Shown here: positions 35,665-43,660 of the stretch, piece after piece
How the letters are laid out: every line of letters begins with the position of its first letter
Position numbering within the stretch: position 1 is the stretch's first letter
From: an uncultured Candidatus Saccharibacteria bacterium
GTDB lineage: Bacteria > Patescibacteriota > Minisyncoccia > UBA6257 > 1-14-0-10-40-38
Assembly: GCA_964367145.1 (NCBI GenBank)
Contig: CAYIWJ010000001.1
Coordinates: 1 to 54,967 of the forward strand
Reading direction: 5' to 3'
DNA length: 54,967 bases
Notes under the pieces: model-generated
What the model was told of the DNA's origin: nothing
Databases searched by the model: none
The model's input: the letters and a program-made list of their open reading frames with translations, nothing else
Made by a program: the position numbers and the translations under genes

Positions 35665-36138
35665 TTTGGCTAAAATCGCGAGGTCGCGCAAAACCTCTTG
35701 AGCGTGCTCCATCGGCTTAACTTTCTCGTAGATTTTAACGATTTTTCCCTTGGGGTCAATTAGAAACGAAGTCCGAACCGTTCCCATATATTCCCGTCCC
35801 ATCATTTTCTTTCTTTGCCAAACCCCATAAAGATTGACCACTTTTTTTTCGGTGTCGGCCAATAGGGGAAACGGAAGTTGATACTTTTCGGCAAACGCCG
35901 CATGACTCTTAACCGAGTCGGTGCTAACCCCAAGCACCGTAGCTTTGATTTTTTTAAAACCATGAAAATCGTCGCGAATGGCGCAGGCCTCGGCCGTGCA
36001 TCCCGAAGTATTGTCTTTGGGATAAAAATACAGCAAAACCCACTGACCCAAAAAATCAACGAGCGATCGGGGAGTATTCTTTTGGTCGGATAAAGTAAAT
36101 AAAGGCGCCGAAGAACCAACTAAAATTTTAGTTTTCAT
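35662..36138 (-). CDS. bcp: thiol peroxidase Bcp (peroxiredoxin Q type)
   Basis: FYPKDNTSGCTAEAC with a peroxidatic/resolving Cys pair. 158 aa. Confidence 0.93.
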   Translation of the reverse strand: MKTKILVGSSAPLFTLSDQKNTPRSLVDFLGQWVLLYFYPKDNTSGCTAEACAIRDDFHGFKKIKATVLGVSTDSVKSHAAFAEKYQLPFPLLADTEKKVVNLYGVWQRKKMMGREYMGTVRTSFLIDPKGKIVKIYEKVKPMEHAQEVLRDLAILAK

Positions 36139-36212
36139 AAATTAATTTTAACACAATCTAAAACGACAAAAAAACCAGTCTAGCGACATTATTTGGCCAT
36201 AAAAATCCTCTA

Positions 36213-36242
36213 TTGACAAATAGAGAACTCCCATGTTATACT
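36213..36242 (+). promoter_or_regulatory. near-consensus sigma70-type promoter TTGACA-18 nt-TATACT
   Basis: -35 at 36213-36218 and -10 at 36237-36242, about 50 nt upstream of the TTG start at 36292. Confidence 0.6.
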
Positions 36243-36291
36243 CCGAGCAGTTCCTCGATTTTCAGGCATTTCTCATTTTAAGGAGCAGAAC

Positions 36292-36597
36292 TTGAGACAA
36301 CTCAAGCCTTCGTATGCCGAACTGGCCAAAATGGTGGCCGATCGGATGCGCGGTCCTTGTGGTCTTCTCTTCCGTCCAGCAGTCTTTACCGTGCTAAAGG
36401 AAAAATTTCTGGAGGCGGATCGGACCTACTTCGTGGAGATCGGCAAGATCCTCGGCGGGCGACGCAGGAATCCTCGACCGAAGATTCAACGTCAACGGGC
36501 CGAAGCGACAACGAACTCTTTCTCTTTTACTCGCTACGCTCGCGATGCGGAACGCGTCTGCCGCCTCCGGCGCGACGAACTTCTGCGTGATCCCTAA
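36292..36597 (+). CDS. orphan basic hypothetical protein (101 aa, TTG start)
   Basis: SD AAGGAG (36280-36285), 6 nt upstream of TTG 36292. Has its own promoter and terminator. Arg-rich. No recognisable motif. Confidence 0.6.
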   Translation: MRQLKPSYAELAKMVADRMRGPCGLLFRPAVFTVLKEKFLEADRTYFVEIGKILGGRRRNPRPKIQRQRAEATTNSFSFTRYARDAERVCRLRRDELLRDP

Positions 36598-36608
36598 CGC
36601 AGACCACC

Positions 36609-36637
36609 CCCCCGACTAACCATCGGGGGATTTTTTT
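36609..36637 (+). terminator. rho-independent terminator after the 101-aa orphan
   Basis: CCCCCGA (36609-36615) pairs with TCGGGGG (36623-36629), followed by 7 T. Confidence 0.8.
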
Positions 36638-36661
36638 ATTCCCCTTCTCGTAATTTTAGCC

Positions 36662-37510
36662 TTATTCAAAGCACGATTTCAAAATATCCATATTCTTTTT
36701 ATCCGGTCCCAAATTGTCAAATCCCGGAACTTCCAACAGCCACGCCTTATCATACAACTCCTTAAATTTCGCAAGCGCCTCAAATCCTTTTAATCCGATA
36801 AACCCCTCGCCCAAATTTTCGTGCCGGTCATGCTTGGAATTAAACTCGGTTTTGGAATCGTTTACGTGGAGCGCTACGATGTTTTTTAAGCCAATGCTTT
36901 TGTCTAGGCGCTCGAGCAACGCCTCAATTTCACTCTTGGTGTAGTGCTCAATAAGCCCCGCCTCAAAAGCGTGCGCGGTGTCAAAACAAGATTTCACTCG
37001 ATGCGAACCAATTAGTTTTATAAGTTCGCCAATCTCCTCCGGCCGCGAACCGATTTTTTCGCCGCCACCGGCTGCGTTTTCAATAACCAATTCCGCCTTT
37101 CCCGTCGCCGTCTCCAAAACCGAAGTCATCGCCCGCGCCGCTTGATTGATTGCGCCGCCGTTGTTTCCCTTGGACGAACCGGCGTGGAAAATCAAACCCC
37201 GCGCCCCGATCTGCTCGGCAATCATAAGGTGCGCCGTTAGATTACTTATGGACTTGGTAAGCAGATCCGCCTCGGGAGTTCCCAGATTGATCAAATAGCT
37301 CGCGTGAAGATAAACCGACTTAACCGCGCTTTCCTTTGCCACCGTTTTAAATTTTTCCACCTCATCCTTCATTGGTACGCGCGCGTTCCAGGCGCGCGGC
37401 GAAGCGCCAAAAATCTGAATCGTCTCGGCGCCGATCTGGGTTGCGTTTTCTATTGACTTGTATAATCCGCCAGCCGTGGAAACGTGGGCGCCTAAATTAG
37501 GTTTATTCAT
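36662..37510 (-). CDS. nfo: deoxyribonuclease IV (endonuclease IV, AP endonuclease family 2)
   Basis: GAHVSTAGG, HASYLINL, HAGS, ALHVNDSK...G...DRHENLGEG. Confidence 0.93.
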   Translation of the reverse strand: MNKPNLGAHVSTAGGLYKSIENATQIGAETIQIFGASPRAWNARVPMKDEVEKFKTVAKESAVKSVYLHASYLINLGTPEADLLTKSISNLTAHLMIAEQIGARGLIFHAGSSKGNNGGAINQAARAMTSVLETATGKAELVIENAAGGGEKIGSRPEEIGELIKLIGSHRVKSCFDTAHAFEAGLIEHYTKSEIEALLERLDKSIGLKNIVALHVNDSKTEFNSKHDRHENLGEGFIGLKGFEALAKFKELYDKAWLLEVPGFDNLGPDKKNMDILKSCFE

Positions 37511-38466
37511 GATTGAACGCTTAATGCACCAACAATAACATGCCGCAGTTCTTTTAGCGTAGAGGTCGTAAGCAATCGCACCCGCAGGTCTTTGGCGCCT
37601 TCAACTCCCGACACGTAAGCCGCCGCGTGTTTTCTCATGTCTAAAAAGTTTTTCGTCTTCCCAAAAAGATTGTCAAAAAGCGTTGCGTGATAGAGCAGGG
37701 CATCCAGTCGCTCTCTCAAATCCCTCGGATGCTCCTCGCCCGTAAAAAACCATGGCTGACCCAAAACCGCCCGCCCCACCATCACGCCGTCCAACTTATA
37801 GCGCTCCGTTTTTTCTTTAGCTTCCGCAAGCGTCCTCACATCTCCATTTCCGATGACTAAAGTCTCGGGACTAAGTCGCCGCGCTATTTTCGCGGCCCGG
37901 GCGATTTCTTCCCAGCGCGCTGGAACTTTGGATAATTCTTTCCGCGTCCTTCCATGAATTGTAATGGCCTCGAGTCCAGACTTTAGCAACGCTGGAATCC
38001 AAGTTTCTATCTCTACCTCGTTAAATCCCAGTCGTGTTTTTACCGAGATCGGCAGATCTGGCGCCCCGCGTCGCGCCGCCAAAATAATTTCTTGCGCCAC
38101 CTCTGGAGTCTTAATCATTGCCGCTCCCGCGCCTTGCGCCTCTACTCCGCGGTCTGGGCACCCCATGTTGATGTCGATGCCATCAAACCCCAGCGAAGCG
38201 CACAAGGAAGATGCTCTTTCCATCGCCCCCGCCTTCGCTCCAAAAAGTTGAGCCACAATCGGCCGTTCACTCGGAGCAAAATAAAGATCGGGTAAAAGTT
38301 TTTCCTTGCCCGCGGAGCACAATCCGTCAGCCGAAACAAACTCGGTAAAAAACACGGTCGGTCGCTTATATTTCATCACCGTTTGCCGGAAGGAAGAGTT
38401 AGTAATGTTGGCCATCGGCGCCAAAATCAAAACCGGCCTCGGCAGTGTCAGCCAAAAATTCTGCAT
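37507..38466 (-). CDS. dus: tRNA-dihydrouridine synthase
   Basis: LAPMANITN, GFDGIDINMGCP, HGRTR. 4-nt overlap with nfo. Confidence 0.9.
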   Translation of the reverse strand: MQNFWLTLPRPVLILAPMANITNSSFRQTVMKYKRPTVFFTEFVSADGLCSAGKEKLLPDLYFAPSERPIVAQLFGAKAGAMERASSLCASLGFDGIDINMGCPDRGVEAQGAGAAMIKTPEVAQEIILAARRGAPDLPISVKTRLGFNEVEIETWIPALLKSGLEAITIHGRTRKELSKVPARWEEIARAAKIARRLSPETLVIGNGDVRTLAEAKEKTERYKLDGVMVGRAVLGQPWFFTGEEHPRDLRERLDALLYHATLFDNLFGKTKNFLDMRKHAAAYVSGVEGAKDLRVRLLTTSTLKELRHVIVGALSVQS

Positions 38467-38502
38467 AATTTCCTACTTATAGCACGAGTTAGCGCCAGAG
38501 AG

Positions 38503-40185
38503 CTAGCCAAAAATTCGCCGCCATTTTTTAAGCGACAGCAAGTCATTTTTTTTGAGCTTGGCGAGCATTTTTAATTCTTGATCGGCGACAATCGTCTTAC
38601 CCAAATATTGTCCGGCGGTAAAATTGGGCAACAGAACATAATCGGCTCCGGCTTCATATAAAGATTCTGCGTCTGGTTCAGTCTCGGCGCGCAAGATAAG
38701 CTTTGGTCGCGGCCGAAAACGATAGGCGTAGGCAAGCAAAGCCAGGTTATTTTCCAAATCCGGCGAGGTGGAAATTACAACCCTTGCCGTATTAAACGGT
38801 AGTTTGTCCAAAATTCCGGCATCGGAAATATCGCCCAAAATACCGGCGATTTTTTTGCTTGCCGCTTCTTTAATTACCTGCGGATCAAAATCAACCACCA
38901 ATAAATCCTGCGCCGGCAATTCCAGAGCGATATTCTGCCCAGTTCGCTGAAAGCCGATTAGGATAATAGGCCGCTCAATTTCCGCGCTATTAAAACGCTC
39001 TTCGTGCAGATCGCGGGCGCGTTCAAAGAAGCCAAGCAGTTTGGTGAGTTTCGGAAAAATGGTGTTGGCATGGAGCATCAGATGGGTAGAAATCATAATG
39101 GTAATAATTCCAACGGCGGCGATCAGTCCCGTCTCCGTACTTCCTAAGTGCCCCAACTTAGCTCCTAAAGCGGCCAGGATTAGACTGAACTCCGAAATTT
39201 GCGCCATGGTAAGACTGGTCATAAAACTGGTTCGCTTGCGATAACCCATGAGTCCCATGATGGCGAGTATGATGAGCGGATTGCCGATTAGCACAAAAAG
39301 GGAAAATCCAAGGATAGGCCAGCCGAGTCCCTGAAGATTAGAAAAGACCAGCGAGGAACCCAAAATTACGAAAAAGACCAAAATAAAAAAGTCCCGCAAC
39401 GGCCTCACTCGGCTGGCAATCTCAAAATGCTCTCCCGCGCGAGCTAAGGCAATACCGGCCAAGAAACCGCCAATCGCGAGTGAAAATCCCAAACTCTGCG
39501 CCATCGTGGAAACCAAAAAAACCCAAGCCAGACTAACTAGAAATAACATCTCGGATGACGAAGCCACAAAATCCAAAATACGCGGCATCAGCGTCCTGCC
39601 AATCCAGAGAATGATTACCAATAAGGCAACGCCAGAAATAATGAGTAACGGGAGACCTAGAGGAGCGCTAATCGCCGGATGAGTGCTGTTCAAAAAAAGC
39701 AAAATACTTACCGCTACCACATCCTGCACCAGCAGAATTCCCAAACTCATCTTGCCATAAAGACTATGCAAGTCACGTTTTTCCGACAAAATTTTAACGA
39801 TAATCGCCGTGCTGGAAAAAGTGAGAGCCACCCCGATATAAAGAGCCGGCAATAACGGAAAGGCAAAAAATCTGGCCAGAAAAAAGCCAATCGTTGAAGT
39901 GAAGGCAATCTGCGAAATGCCGATTATGATGGCGTGTTTGCCGACTAGGCGCAGTGAATCATAATTAATTTCCAATCCAACTAAAAATAACAAAAACATG
40001 ATTCCCAGATCGGAAAAAAGAGCAAATACCCCTTGATTGCCGAGATTAAAAAAACCGAAGTGTCCGGCAATAACTCCAGCGGCCAAATAGCCTAGAATTG
40101 CCGGCTGTTTGAAAAACCGCGCGAGTAAGGCCAAAAGCGCCGCCGCTAAAAAAACCAAAGTCAGCTGAGTCAAAAAAGTAATCAT
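38503..40185 (-). CDS. CPA2-family cation:proton antiporter with C-terminal RCK/TrkA-N domain (Kef-like)
   Basis: About 12 TM Na+/H+ exchanger core followed by ILIGFQRTGQNIA (Rossmann-like RCK). 560 aa. Confidence 0.88.
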   Translation of the reverse strand: MITFLTQLTLVFLAAALLALLARFFKQPAILGYLAAGVIAGHFGFFNLGNQGVFALFSDLGIMFLLFLVGLEINYDSLRLVGKHAIIIGISQIAFTSTIGFFLARFFAFPLLPALYIGVALTFSSTAIIVKILSEKRDLHSLYGKMSLGILLVQDVVAVSILLFLNSTHPAISAPLGLPLLIISGVALLVIILWIGRTLMPRILDFVASSSEMLFLVSLAWVFLVSTMAQSLGFSLAIGGFLAGIALARAGEHFEIASRVRPLRDFFILVFFVILGSSLVFSNLQGLGWPILGFSLFVLIGNPLIILAIMGLMGYRKRTSFMTSLTMAQISEFSLILAALGAKLGHLGSTETGLIAAVGIITIMISTHLMLHANTIFPKLTKLLGFFERARDLHEERFNSAEIERPIILIGFQRTGQNIALELPAQDLLVVDFDPQVIKEAASKKIAGILGDISDAGILDKLPFNTARVVISTSPDLENNLALLAYAYRFRPRPKLILRAETEPDAESLYEAGADYVLLPNFTAGQYLGKTIVADQELKMLAKLKKNDLLSLKKWRRIFG

Positions 40186-40937
40186 TGGCTTTCAACTTGT
40201 AGGGCGTTTTGTCGATAACTACAGTATTCGCAATCCGATTCCGCTACGGGCGGCAAATCTTCTTCTAGACAAGCTCGAGCTTTAACCAGCGTTTCCGAAA
40301 TCCAGCCGTCATTGCCGGTATATGGAATAAGTTTAATATCAAACTCCAACTTGCCATCAAAAGCTTCGCGATCGGTCTTGCCGTTGCAGTAAACAAAATA
40401 TCCGGTATCCGAAACTTTTAAACCGCGACCGCGCAAGAGCCACTGGTAAAACTCCATCTGTCGCTTGTAGCTTATCTGCCATTCGGCATCCAAATTAACT
40501 TCGGTTAGTTTACTGGTCGCCTTGTAGTCAACGACAATATAATTTCCCACTTCATCCTTCCACAGATCATCAATGGCGCCATAAACGATAAAATTAGTCG
40601 GCTCATGATTAACTCGAATTCCGGTAAAATTATGCCGCCAATTGGGAAGTTCAGGATGTTGAGCCGGAACCGCGGTCAAACCGTAATGCTTCAAGAGGGG
40701 ATGAACCGTACCTGCCGCTCGGTGAATATCAAATTCTTTTTTGAGTAAAGTGTCCACGGCGCTGTTCAAGGTAAACGGCGGTCCCGAAGGTCGGCCGATA
40801 CCATGTCTGCGATCCAAATAAAAACAGCGTGAACAATCCAAGAACAATTCCACCTTGCTCCGGCTTAGTTCAAAAGCTTCTTCGGCGCCCGGCACGTAAA
40901 GTTTTCGCGGCCGCCGAAAGGTCTTAAATTTTCCCAT
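40182..40937 (-). CDS. PD-(D/E)XK nuclease-superfamily protein with Cas4-like cysteines
   Basis: GAIDDLW ... IVVDYKATS (D...D-x-K core). N-terminal CSRCFY and C-terminal CEYCSY cysteines. 4-nt overlap with the downstream antiporter gene. Confidence 0.7.
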   Translation of the reverse strand: MGKFKTFRRPRKLYVPGAEEAFELSRSKVELFLDCSRCFYLDRRHGIGRPSGPPFTLNSAVDTLLKKEFDIHRAAGTVHPLLKHYGLTAVPAQHPELPNWRHNFTGIRVNHEPTNFIVYGAIDDLWKDEVGNYIVVDYKATSKLTEVNLDAEWQISYKRQMEFYQWLLRGRGLKVSDTGYFVYCNGKTDREAFDGKLEFDIKLIPYTGNDGWISETLVKARACLEEDLPPVAESDCEYCSYRQNALQVESQ

Positions 40938-40978
40938 CTTATAATTATATCACGACAAGAAAATAAGCGGCGCAAAAC

Positions 40979-41017
40979 AAAAATCCGGCGGCGCGTAATT
41001 CGCGCCGCCGGATTTTG
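40979..41017. terminator. bidirectional rho-independent terminator
   Basis: 13-bp perfect stem ATCCGGCGGCGCG (40983-40995) / CGCGCCGCCGGAT (41001-41013), with an A-run on one side and a T-run on the other. Confidence 0.8.
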
Positions 41018-41033
41018 TTCTTAATTGCAATTA

Positions 41034-43133
41034 TTAAACCTGTTCGCCAAGCGGATCCGGACGATCATCAAAGTAACGTCTTTTTGCTAAATAGGCTACC
41101 GCGAGCAATAAGATAATCGTGAGCCACGGACTGGTAATAAAAGCGAGTAGGCTGGCTAAAGCTAGTGCCAGAGCACCCTCTCCAGTTGCAGCCCTAAAAG
41201 ATTCTTCGGAGCTAACACTCATCAGACTACCGGATTTTGCCACGGCGCGGAGGTAATAATCCTCGCCATTCTTTAAATTACTCAAAGTCACCGAATGATT
41301 TCGGCTTAAGTTGGTATTCTCGTCAGTCAAAAATTGGTAATTATAATTTTGATCTTTCCGATTGGAGTGAGACTCGGTGTCATAAATAACCCGCGAACGA
41401 GCCGGAATATCGGTTTCCCAACTGATAATTGCCTCGCCATTTTTTCGCGTTTCAACTTCCAGATTAGAAATCTGGGGCGCCGATTCCAAATTCTGTCGCG
41501 GGGTAACATCAACAATCGCATCGGCGTCAAGTACGCTTAGCGAAAAAGTTCTGGTAGTTTCGGCGTAGGTATCTGAAGCTCCAACTTTTATTTGGTAAGG
41601 ACGCGATCGTCCTTGAGACGATCCGGGCGTCCAAGTTAGGTCCCCAGTTCGACTATCAATCAACATGCCAGCCGGTCCCTCTATTAAACGATAGGTCACG
41701 GAATGGCCACTGCTCAACGCCTGAACGGTATAGAGATAAAAATTACCCTCGGTTATTACGAGCGGTGGGTTAAAGTTTAAGAAAGTCGGGCCATTGGTAG
41801 TCGGAGCATACACCGTTTGTCCGGTAACGGTTACCGTTACGCGCATATCGGTGCTGGAATATCCGTCACTTGCGCGGAATAACAGATCAGTGTTGCCAAT
41901 CTGATTATTATTTGGCCGCCAGCTAAAAAAGTTGTTATTGGGGGTGTATTCGGAGCCGGAAGGAACTTGAATCGCGGAGTAGGTAACTTGATTACCGTCC
42001 GGATCATTGGCCGAAAGCGAAAACTGCAAAAGTTGCCCCTGCTGAATCGTCTGACTGGGAACTTGGTTCCAAACCGGCGGACGGTTATAGGTGTTATTGT
42101 AGGTGTAGCCGGAAACATTAAAACCAACACTCATGTCGGCACTTGCGGTGCCGTCATAAGCTCGGAAAGTAATTGAAAAGAATCCCTGATTTTGCGGGGT
42201 CCAAGTAAAAAGTCGCGCGACCGGATCAAATGAAGCACCCGAAGGCAAGTTGATCACGCTATAACTGATCGGGAAATTGTGCCCGCTCGTTGCCGATAAG
42301 GTAAGACTCACAACTTGTCCAGCCGAAACGTTTTGCGTGGGAACCTGTTGCCAGAAAATTCCCTGGCCATAACCCGGATTGTAGTTATTATTTGCGACAG
42401 AGATTGTCACAGTCATGGTTGCGGTCTGAACGTTGTCAGAAGCTTTAAAAGCCACGGTAAAAGTACCGGATTGAGAACTTGTCGGCGTCCAAGAAAAAAG
42501 CCGAGTCACCGAATTAAAATTGGCGCCAGTTGGCAAGCTTTCCGCCGCGTAAGTAAGTACCTGACCCTCCGGATCGGTTGCTAAAACCGTAAATTGGATC
42601 GTCTGCCCGGTCGTCACATATTGTGTTGGAATCTGTCCCGACCAAACTGGGGCTAGGTTTTGAGTTGTTCCACCACCGCTCGTTGCCGAACAGATAACCA
42701 AGAGATTTTTCTCGTAAGCTATTTCACCGGCGTTAAAACGCAAAAAACCGTTTTGCGTGATCGTGGTATCGGCATCATTGGTGTACAAAAACGACTGAAT
42801 TAGGTTGGAAGACGAGTCGAGTAAATCAAAGCGCAGAGCATCTTGATTTTCATATCTACGATAACCCAAAATTTCACCGGCGCTGACTGGGATAGTTACC
42901 GTATTCGGCCAAGCTACATAATGATCCTGAATCTGTGGCAGATTAAAAATAGTGCTACCATTACGATCTTTTAAAATCGCATGGTCATCCGGACTCGGGG
43001 TGAAAAGTGGCAAATCTTGCGCGTAAATCAAAGTCTCGTTAGCGCAAGAATTGACATAACTCGCGGAAGCTAAATTAGTGCCGCCAACAAGCAGAATAAA
43101 GCTAAAAATCGTTATTAAGCCTAGTTTTTTCAT
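41034..43133 (-). CDS. large secreted, C-terminally anchored protein with four tandem Ig-like (He_PIG/cadherin-like) repeats and an FN3-like module
   Basis: Signal peptide ...GGTNLASA/SY. Four ~85-aa repeats of the type P.W..(I/V)P.Q.V..GQ...F.L.A.DP(D/E)G..(L/V)TY.....P.GA.F.......F.W.P. Then an FN3-like domain and a C-terminal TM. Confidence 0.8.
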   Translation of the reverse strand: MKKLGLITIFSFILLVGGTNLASASYVNSCANETLIYAQDLPLFTPSPDDHAILKDRNGSTIFNLPQIQDHYVAWPNTVTIPVSAGEILGYRRYENQDALRFDLLDSSSNLIQSFLYTNDADTTITQNGFLRFNAGEIAYEKNLLVICSATSGGGTTQNLAPVWSGQIPTQYVTTGQTIQFTVLATDPEGQVLTYAAESLPTGANFNSVTRLFSWTPTSSQSGTFTVAFKASDNVQTATMTVTISVANNNYNPGYGQGIFWQQVPTQNVSAGQVVSLTLSATSGHNFPISYSVINLPSGASFDPVARLFTWTPQNQGFFSITFRAYDGTASADMSVGFNVSGYTYNNTYNRPPVWNQVPSQTIQQGQLLQFSLSANDPDGNQVTYSAIQVPSGSEYTPNNNFFSWRPNNNQIGNTDLLFRASDGYSSTDMRVTVTVTGQTVYAPTTNGPTFLNFNPPLVITEGNFYLYTVQALSSGHSVTYRLIEGPAGMLIDSRTGDLTWTPGSSQGRSRPYQIKVGASDTYAETTRTFSLSVLDADAIVDVTPRQNLESAPQISNLEVETRKNGEAIISWETDIPARSRVIYDTESHSNRKDQNYNYQFLTDENTNLSRNHSVTLSNLKNGEDYYLRAVAKSGSLMSVSSEESFRAATGEGALALALASLLAFITSPWLTIILLLAVAYLAKRRYFDDRPDPLGEQV

Positions 43134-43206
43134 AAGTTTCTACATTATAATCTATCAATGATAAACTGTCAAGAAAACCCACAAACATTCCACTAAAGGA
43201 AGCCAA

Positions 43207-43626
43207 CTATAGCGCAATTAAGAGCGCTCCGGCAACCAGCAACACCGCCCCAGAAATAACCTTTAAGCTCAAGGTTTCGCCCAAGAATAAAGCCGCAAGA
43301 AACACCACAAATATTACACTCAGGCGATCAATCGCCACCACCTGTGTTGTTACACCCTTCTGGATGGCTAAAAAATAAAAAAGCCACGATAAGGCCCCAG
43401 CCACGCCGGACAGTGCAATAAAAATCCATTCACGATTGGACAACCCACTAAAAGAAAAACCATTAAACTTTTTAAGCGCCAGTGAAGTCAGCACCAAAAA
43501 CCCCGCCATAATCACCGAGCGAATCGTGGTCGCGAGCGTGGCGTCAATCGACTTTAAACCGAGTTTGCCAAAAATCGCTACTGCCGCGGCGCTTAGTGCC
43601 GAAAGGAGAGCATAACCAAGCCACAT
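43207..43626 (-). CDS. EamA-domain (DMT superfamily) small membrane transporter
   Basis: 139 aa with 4-5 TM segments. LSALSAAAVAIFGK.GL... pattern of single EamA domains. Confidence 0.65.
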   Translation of the reverse strand: MWLGYALLSALSAAAVAIFGKLGLKSIDATLATTIRSVIMAGFLVLTSLALKKFNGFSFSGLSNREWIFIALSGVAGALSWLFYFLAIQKGVTTQVVAIDRLSVIFVVFLAALFLGETLSLKVISGAVLLVAGALLIAL

Positions 43627-43660
43627 TTGATTATTTTAGCCCGTTAACGTCGGGTGAGCA

